From the NCBI GenBank assembly GCA_029262455.1, contig JAJCZJ010000088.1, forward strand, positions 270,273 to 334,272: a DNA stretch of 64,000 bases, given 5' to 3'. Source of the DNA: Deltaproteobacteria bacterium (GTDB lineage: Bacteria; Desulfobacterota; Binatia; HRBIN30; CADEER01). Shown here piece by piece: positions 59,099 to 64,000 of this stretch (within the stretch, counting starts at the first letter, position 1; each line of letters begins with the position of its first letter). The translations under genes and the position numbers were made by a program. The notes beneath the pieces are model-generated. The model ran no database searches and was not told the DNA's origin. It saw only the letters and a list, made by a program, of their open reading frames with translations.

Positions 59099-60331
59099 GT
59101 GAGAGTCCTACTTTCCGTCGCAATACTCCTCGCTTGCGCACCAGCTGTGTCAGCACGCATGTTGTTCGTAGCCGGCCAACCCGTACCGGTATCGTCGCGG
59201 CCACGATACCTCGCGACCGACGATATCGATCAGGACGGCCTTGCCGACGCCATTGTCGTCAGCACGCGCGACACTCTCTCGATCCTCTACGGCTCCGAGA
59301 CCTCGCAGACGCTCTTCAGCGCGCCGCAGGTCGTCACCTTCGGCCGCCGTTTGCGCAGACCCAACACCGGTGACGTCAACGCCGACGGAATTACCGACAT
59401 CGTCGTGCCCGACGAAAGCAGCGGGGCCGTGTGGGTCCTGCTCGGCGAGGGAACTCGCGGCTTCGCCGCACCGCGGCTTATTCCTGTGGGAAGCAAGATG
59501 AGGCCATACGCAGTCGCGATCGGAGACATCGATGGCATCGGCGGCAACGATATCGTCGTCGGCGAACGGCGCAGCGGGCAAATCCACGTGCGACTCAACA
59601 CCGCCGCTTTCTCCTTTCGCAACGGGCCGGTCATGAACACCCGGGGCGGACTCGAACAGATCGAATGTGAGGATCTAAACGGCGACGGTCTGCCTGAACT
59701 GATCAGCGTCTCAGCCGGGCGCGTCGGACGCGTTTCAGTATTCCCCGCCACGGCACAGGCCAATGGTTCCCTCACCTACGGCGACCCGATGTCATTCAAC
59801 ACCGATTCGACCAAAGCGAGCTTCGCCACCGGCGACTTCGACAACAATGGTACGCGCGATCTAGCCGTCCTTTCCAGAACCCGCGGCGGCAAGAACAGCA
59901 TCCTCGGCATCAGATCGACGAACCCGGATCACAGTGTCGGCGCGTCTTTGTCCCTCGAAGCACCCTGTCCCGATCAGGGCCGCCGCCGCTTCTGCAGAGC
60001 CCGAGGCATCGCGGCGGCCGACTTCGATAGAGACGGCATCATCGACCTGGCGATCGGCCTGCGCAATCGCGCCGTCCTCGGAGCCTTGGGAACGAGACGT
60101 TCCGGCGTCGTCGCAATCATGCGCGGCCGCGGCGACACCTTCGTCGCCGCCGACAGCGCCCCGTGGCTGGAAAAAGCACCCGCCGAGATCGACTCAGGCG
60201 ATTTCGACGGCGACGGCCGCCCCGACATCGTCGCCATCAGCAAGTCGAGCAGCCTCCTACAAGCAATGCGAAACATCTCCTCACCCGGCCCAACCGTGCG
60301 CAGAAAGCGCCGCGTCGAGCCTCGCAGGTAA
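59099..60331 (+). CDS. Secreted FG-GAP/VCBS-repeat beta-propeller protein
   Basis: A GTG start gives the signal peptide MRVLLSVAILLACAPAVSA. Repeated DxDxDGxxD Ca-binding loops (TDDIDQDGLADAIVV, GDVNADGITDIVV, EDLNGDGLPELISV, GDFDGDGRPDIVAI). Confidence 0.6.
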   Translation: MRVLLSVAILLACAPAVSARMLFVAGQPVPVSSRPRYLATDDIDQDGLADAIVVSTRDTLSILYGSETSQTLFSAPQVVTFGRRLRRPNTGDVNADGITDIVVPDESSGAVWVLLGEGTRGFAAPRLIPVGSKMRPYAVAIGDIDGIGGNDIVVGERRSGQIHVRLNTAAFSFRNGPVMNTRGGLEQIECEDLNGDGLPELISVSAGRVGRVSVFPATAQANGSLTYGDPMSFNTDSTKASFATGDFDNNGTRDLAVLSRTRGGKNSILGIRSTNPDHSVGASLSLEAPCPDQGRRRFCRARGIAAADFDRDGIIDLAIGLRNRAVLGALGTRRSGVVAIMRGRGDTFVAADSAPWLEKAPAEIDSGDFDGDGRPDIVAISKSSSLLQAMRNISSPGPTVRRKRRVEPRR

Positions 60332-60364
60332 GATCCTATTATCGCGAGCTTTGAGGATGGCGAG

Positions 60365-60652
60365 TTACAGCTTCGGCGATCGCTGGGCACTGTGCCAGAC
60401 GCGGACGATCTCAAGCGGGTCGGAGTCCGGCAAAAAGATTATTTGGTACGAGTAAACCGGGTGAAACCGGTACTTCGGATCAATCTTCGGCCGCGTGTAG
60501 CCAATACGGGGTTTTGCGGCCAAGAGACGAAATGCGTCGTGGAACTCTTGCTCGACACGGAGCGCCGAATCGAGGTTGTCCTCGGCGATGTACGCGAAGA
60601 TCTCAGCGACATCGACCTCAGCTCGCGGGGCGAGCCGATAGGTCTTGCTCAT
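60365..60652 (-). CDS. parE: ParE/RelE-family type II toxin
   Basis: 95 aa. YQIIFLPDSDPLEIVRVWHSAQ is the typical ParE C-terminus. ATGA overlap with the upstream antitoxin gene. Confidence 0.8.
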   Translation of the reverse strand: MSKTYRLAPRAEVDVAEIFAYIAEDNLDSALRVEQEFHDAFRLLAAKPRIGYTRPKIDPKYRFHPVYSYQIIFLPDSDPLEIVRVWHSAQRSPKL

Positions 60653-60894
60653 TGCCGCTGACGGAAAGACTCCGCTAGCTCCGCCATGTGCTGGCGAAAC
60701 TGCTCTTCGGTGACGTACTCGCCCCGGTCGAGCTCGGCCTGACCTTCAGCGATCGCTTCGCGAATCGCATCGGTTTCGGCCTCTTGCTGCTCCCGTTGGT
60801 CGAGCAACTCGGTGAGGTATTCTTCGGCCGACGCGTAGCGGCCAGCCTTGACTGGCGCGGCAAGTCGGTCCTCGAGTTTCTTGTCCAGCTTCAT
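60649..60894 (-). CDS. parD: ParD-family type II antitoxin
   Basis: MKLDKKLEDRLAAPVKAGRYASAEEYLTELLDQRE...AIAEGQAELDRGEYVT is the ParD (PF03693-like) pattern. Confidence 0.7.
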   Translation of the reverse strand: MKLDKKLEDRLAAPVKAGRYASAEEYLTELLDQREQQEAETDAIREAIAEGQAELDRGEYVTEEQFRQHMAELAESFRQRQ

Positions 60895-61001
60895 GCCGGT
60901 AGAGTCTACAACAGGTTCGGAAACGTGAAAAGCGTCGTATCCCAATTGAGTTCAACAGGGGAGGCCCTTGATCACACAAGCCCGGGCTGGGAAAAGCTTC
61001 C

Positions 61002-61139
61002 GGCGATTTCGACGGCGACGGCCGCCCCGACATCGTCGCCATCAGCAAATCGAGGAACCTCTTACAGCAATGCGAAACATCTCCTCACCAGGGCTCACGG
61101 TGCGCAGAAAGCGCCGCGTCGAGTCGCGACGGTAAGATC
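61002..61139 (+). pseudogene. Duplicated, frameshifted copy of the last 138 bp of the FG-GAP gene (copy B; ~90% identical to 60197-60334)
   Basis: Direct alignment: GGCGATTTCGACGGCGACGGCCGCCCCGACATCGTCGCCATCAGCAA...GCGCCGCGTCGAG...GGTAAGATC. Copy B has a 1-nt deletion that breaks the frame. Confidence 0.6.
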
Positions 61140-61194
61140 TCTATCGCAATCTGCGCCCTTGCCTCACTCAGCGGACCTGGTGCGGAAAAAGAGT

Positions 61195-61343
61195 CAACAC
61201 GAAGACACAAGGACACGAAGACACGAAGATTGCGCGACTTGTCATGGCCGCACGGACCCTTTTCGAAACGGAGTCCATGGAGTGGCTAGCTCCTGGTCCG
61301 AAAAACCCTAACAACCCCTTTGTGTCTTCGTGTCTTTGTGTTG
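61195..61343. repeat. AT-richer inverted-repeat element: arms built from GAAGACAC/AAGGACAC octamers (61195-61228 versus 61314-61343) enclose an ~85-nt structured spacer. A T-run follows on the minus strand
   Basis: Seen directly in the sequence. It could be a MITE-like element, a structured sRNA or a minus-strand terminator. Confidence 0.4.
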
Positions 61344-61458
61344 AAAATAACGAACCACCGGTTCATCTGAGATGCCACTGAGACTGTGCTCTGACGGTGC
61401 GGGACGACGCAATCCCGTTACCTAGAGGCTCGGCCGTAGGCAATCAAATCACCGCGCC

Positions 61459-61527
61459 GCGAAACATTTCGTCTCCCGTCCCAACGGTATGCAGAATGCG
61501 CCGCGTCGAGCTTCGTGGGTAAGATCC
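61459..61527 (+). repeat. Third, more degenerate copy (copy C) of the FG-GAP gene 3'-end repeat
   Basis: GCGAAACAT...GCGCCGCGTCGAGCTTCGTGGGTAAGATCC aligns with 60266-60336 at ~80% identity. It shares the 3' flank ATCTGCGCCC with copy B. Confidence 0.45.
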
Positions 61528-61986
61528 CCGATCTGCGCCCGCTGCCCCAATTGTTGAGGTTCCTGCTACGGCCGAGCAGGGTTAGAGAGTCACTAGCCCA
61601 GGGTTCGAACCAGGGCCGACCCAGGGCTTCCGATGGTTGAGACGAACAGCAATGTGAAGTGGCTGTGCGCGATTCGATGAATCAACCAGTCTCAACCCGG
61701 CCCTGCGCAATGCGTCCGCAGATCGATCGATGCTCCCTCGGATAAACCTGGGCCCTTCGACTACAGCCCATGTCGGAGCAAGTCGGCATCGCGGGTCCCT
61801 GTCCCGGCAAAAGCAGAGGAGTAGTTTCCTCGGCAAAAACGAGATCTGCCCCTTAGCGGCGTAGAGTCTCCTCAGCAGCCTCCCGTAGGTTTCCCCCGAG
61901 CTGGCCTGGGACACACGACTTGGCAACACGCAATGTCAGCGGCATAACGGTAGCCGAGAAGAACGTCCCCGACGAAAGGCCAATGT

Positions 61987-63990
61987 ATGGCAAAAAGCAA
62001 AGCCTATCAGCGAGCGAAACAGAAAATCGAAGAGGCACGAGGCTCAGCGGCCTGGCGACTCGATCTCGCAGGGTTGGGTCTCACAGCTCTCCCTGACTCC
62101 CTGGCTCAGCTCACCAACTTGCAGAGCCTCTATCTCAGCTCCAACCAACTCACCGCTCTCCCTGACTCCCTGGCTCAGCTCACCAACTTGCAGAGCCTCT
62201 ATCTCAGATCCAACCAACTCACCGCTCTCCCTGACTCCCTGGCTCAGCTCACCAACTTGCAGATCCTCGATCTCAGATCCAACCAACTCACCGCTCTCCC
62301 TGACTCCCTCGCTCAGCTCACCAACTTGCGGATCCTCTTCCTCAGTTCCAACCAACTCACCGAGTTACCGGCGTCGCTGCGGCACTTGGCCGACAACGCC
62401 GTATTGCGCGAGCTCTACCTTCACGATAACCCGGCCCTCGAACTGCCCAGCGAGTTGCTGGGGCCAGAGCACGCACGGGACACTTACAATCCACCGAAGC
62501 CGCCAAAGGAGATCCTGGATTACTACTTCTCAACCCGCGGTGACGCCGGGCAGGCGCTGCGGGAACTTCGGCTGATCGTCGTCGGCCGCCCCAAGGTTGG
62601 GAAGACGACTCTGATCAAGCGACTGCGCGGCCATCCGATGGACCCGCACGAGGCCGAGACCCACGGCATCGACATTCTACCGATGGATCTGAAGTGTCCG
62701 GACGGCCCCCTCCGAGCGCGGGTCTGGGACTTCGGTGGACAGCACGTGTTGCATGCCATGCACGAGTTCTTTCTGCGCAACCGCTGCCTCTACCTGTTGG
62801 TGGTCGAACAACGCGCCAACGACGTCGAACGGGAGCTGACGTACTGGCTCCAACTGATCCGCAGCTACGCTGGCGATGCGCCGGTGGTCGTCGCGCTGAA
62901 CCAGAGCAAGGGTATCCCACGCTCCTTGGCGAGAGCAGCGCTGGAGCGAGACTACGGGCCGATTCTCGCCTGGGTTCCCACCGAGTGCGCGTCGGAAGAC
63001 GAAGTCCCCGGTGCCGACGCCACCATCGAGGCGCTGCGCGCTGCACTCACCACAACCGCAGCCGCGATGCCCGAGCCGAAGAAGCTTTTTCCGAAGAAGT
63101 GGTTGGCGATCAAGCAATGGCTAGAAGCCATGCAAGAGCCATACCTGGACTACGCCACCTACGCCGAGCATTGCGCAGAGTTGAACGAGCGCGATCCGCA
63201 GCAGCAAGCCGCCCTCGCAGCCGCCATGGATGAACTCGGCGTGGCACTCAACTACGCCCGCGATCCCCGCCTGCGCGACACCACCGTGTTGCGGCCGAAC
63301 TGGCTGGCCAACGGCATCTACGCGTTGCTGCGCGCCAACATTCTGGCGCCCGAACCGCTGGCGCCTGAGGGCGTGCTGACAGAGTCAATGGTCGGGACAG
63401 TCCTGAAGGTTGCGGGCCAGGCGAAGGTACTCGATGCGGCCGAGTACCCGCCCGAGAAGTGGTCGTTCTTGCTGCGGCTGATGAACCTCTTCCAGCTGAG
63501 CTTTCCACTCGACGAAGAGGGCGAGCGCTATCTAGTGCCGGCCTTGCTACCCGCCGATGAGCCGGTGGACAGCGGCGAACCGGGCGGCCCGAACCAAGTG
63601 AAGCTGCGCTACGAATTCGACGTCGTCCCAGGCCCGCTGATCGGGCGCTTGCTCGTACGCCTGTTCGCGATCATCGACGGCCGCAAGGTTTGGCACCGCG
63701 GTGCGCGGCTGCGCTACGGCGATGCAAAAGCGCGCGCGTGGGCCGATCTGGAAGAGAAGTACGTCTTCGTCAGCGTTGCCGGCGACGCGAACGATGCCGC
63801 GGAGCTGCTCGAGATGATTCGCGAAACGCTCAAAGAGTTGTTCCGTGAATACGAACGACTGCGCGTCGTCGAGCAGTGGTGGCACGGCGACAACTGGGTG
63901 CCGCGCGGCACCCTGGAGCAGATCGGCGTGCTAGCCCGCGAAGTGGTCAGCGAAGGCAAGCAACCGGGCGGACAGGAGGTGCGCGATTAA
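61987..63990 (+). CDS. ROCO-family GTPase: LRR - Roc (Ras-of-complex G domain) - COR
   Basis: At least five LRRs (LTALPDSLAQLTNLQSLYLSSNQ). The P-loop RLIVVGRPKVGKTTLIKRL and switch II WDFGGQ. A long COR-like C-terminal region. Complete ORF ending in TAA at 63990. Confidence 0.85.
   Translation: MAKSKAYQRAKQKIEEARGSAAWRLDLAGLGLTALPDSLAQLTNLQSLYLSSNQLTALPDSLAQLTNLQSLYLRSNQLTALPDSLAQLTNLQILDLRSNQLTALPDSLAQLTNLRILFLSSNQLTELPASLRHLADNAVLRELYLHDNPALELPSELLGPEHARDTYNPPKPPKEILDYYFSTRGDAGQALRELRLIVVGRPKVGKTTLIKRLRGHPMDPHEAETHGIDILPMDLKCPDGPLRARVWDFGGQHVLHAMHEFFLRNRCLYLLVVEQRANDVERELTYWLQLIRSYAGDAPVVVALNQSKGIPRSLARAALERDYGPILAWVPTECASEDEVPGADATIEALRAALTTTAAAMPEPKKLFPKKWLAIKQWLEAMQEPYLDYATYAEHCAELNERDPQQQAALAAAMDELGVALNYARDPRLRDTTVLRPNWLANGIYALLRANILAPEPLAPEGVLTESMVGTVLKVAGQAKVLDAAEYPPEKWSFLLRLMNLFQLSFPLDEEGERYLVPALLPADEPVDSGEPGGPNQVKLRYEFDVVPGPLIGRLLVRLFAIIDGRKVWHRGARLRYGDAKARAWADLEEKYVFVSVAGDANDAAELLEMIRETLKELFREYERLRVVEQWWHGDNWVPRGTLEQIGVLAREVVSEGKQPGGQEVRD
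62080..62355 (+). repeat. Four near-identical 69-bp tandem DNA repeats encoding the LRR units of the ROCO gene
   Basis: Seen directly in the sequence: CTCACCGCTCTCCCTGACTCCCTGGCTCAGCTCACCAACTTGCAGAGCCTCTATCTCAG(C/A)TCCAACCAA is repeated with 1-3 substitutions per unit. Confidence 0.8.
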
Positions 63991-64000
63991 ACCTCGGAAC

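Noticed and set aside
61590-61640. GGTTCGAACC-containing stretch resembling a tRNA T-arm
   Set aside because: The flanking bases do not form a complementary T-stem, and no acceptor or anticodon arms can be built on either strand.
1-64000. CRISPR arrays, rRNA or tRNA genes
   Set aside because: No regularly spaced direct repeats with unique spacers were found. The only tandem repeats are in-frame LRR codons. No rRNA- or tRNA-like structures were detected.

Overview
This is a high-GC (~63-65%) chromosomal segment from a Gram-negative bacterium; the deep lineage is not determinable from sequence alone. Most of the window is densely packed, recognisable housekeeping and accessory genes. These are: a CusCBA-type heavy-metal RND efflux operon (1-4443, minus strand), a GH13 alpha-glucosidase, a MoxR-AAA/VWA pair, PBP1A, an MFS transporter, Lgt, a PHB-depolymerase-family esterase, aroC, glnE, a DUF2384(Xre-like)-RES toxin-antitoxin pair, a GT2 glycosyltransferase, an acyl-CoA thioesterase, a ptb-ackA operon, gpsA, a 1338-aa secreted multidomain protein (duplicated Cys/Lys-rich N-terminal modules, a carboxypeptidase-regulatory-like domain and a PHP domain), a HEAT-repeat protein, an LRAT/PLAAT-family (NlpC/P60 superfamily) protein with a DUF4345 membrane partner, a methionine-sulfoxide repair cluster (msrB, msrPQ and a DCC-family thiol oxidoreductase), a secreted beta-helix protein, a DUF5666 protein, a palindrome-controlled two-gene secreted-protein/outer-membrane-barrel module, a WS/DGAT wax-ester synthase with a histone-like basic tail, lipid-metabolism genes (nitronate monooxygenase, an F420-type LLM oxidoreductase, a crotonase, an acyl-CoA synthetase), a parvulin-like PPIase, a HupE/UreJ transporter, an M20 peptidase and tag. 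The most unusual region is the 3' end (about 59.1-64.0 kb). There the 3' terminus of an FG-GAP repeat gene is present in three decaying copies that flank a ParDE toxin-antitoxin cassette and an AT-richer inverted-repeat element. The next 3' feature is an LRR-Roc-COR (ROCO) GTPase gene whose LRRs are near-identical 69-bp DNA repeats. This looks like an insertion hotspot with modular accretion and is the best candidate for an undescribed accessory system. No rRNA, tRNA or CRISPR array was found. Because the ORF track uses ATG/GTG/TTG starts, start codons were re-evaluated where possible.
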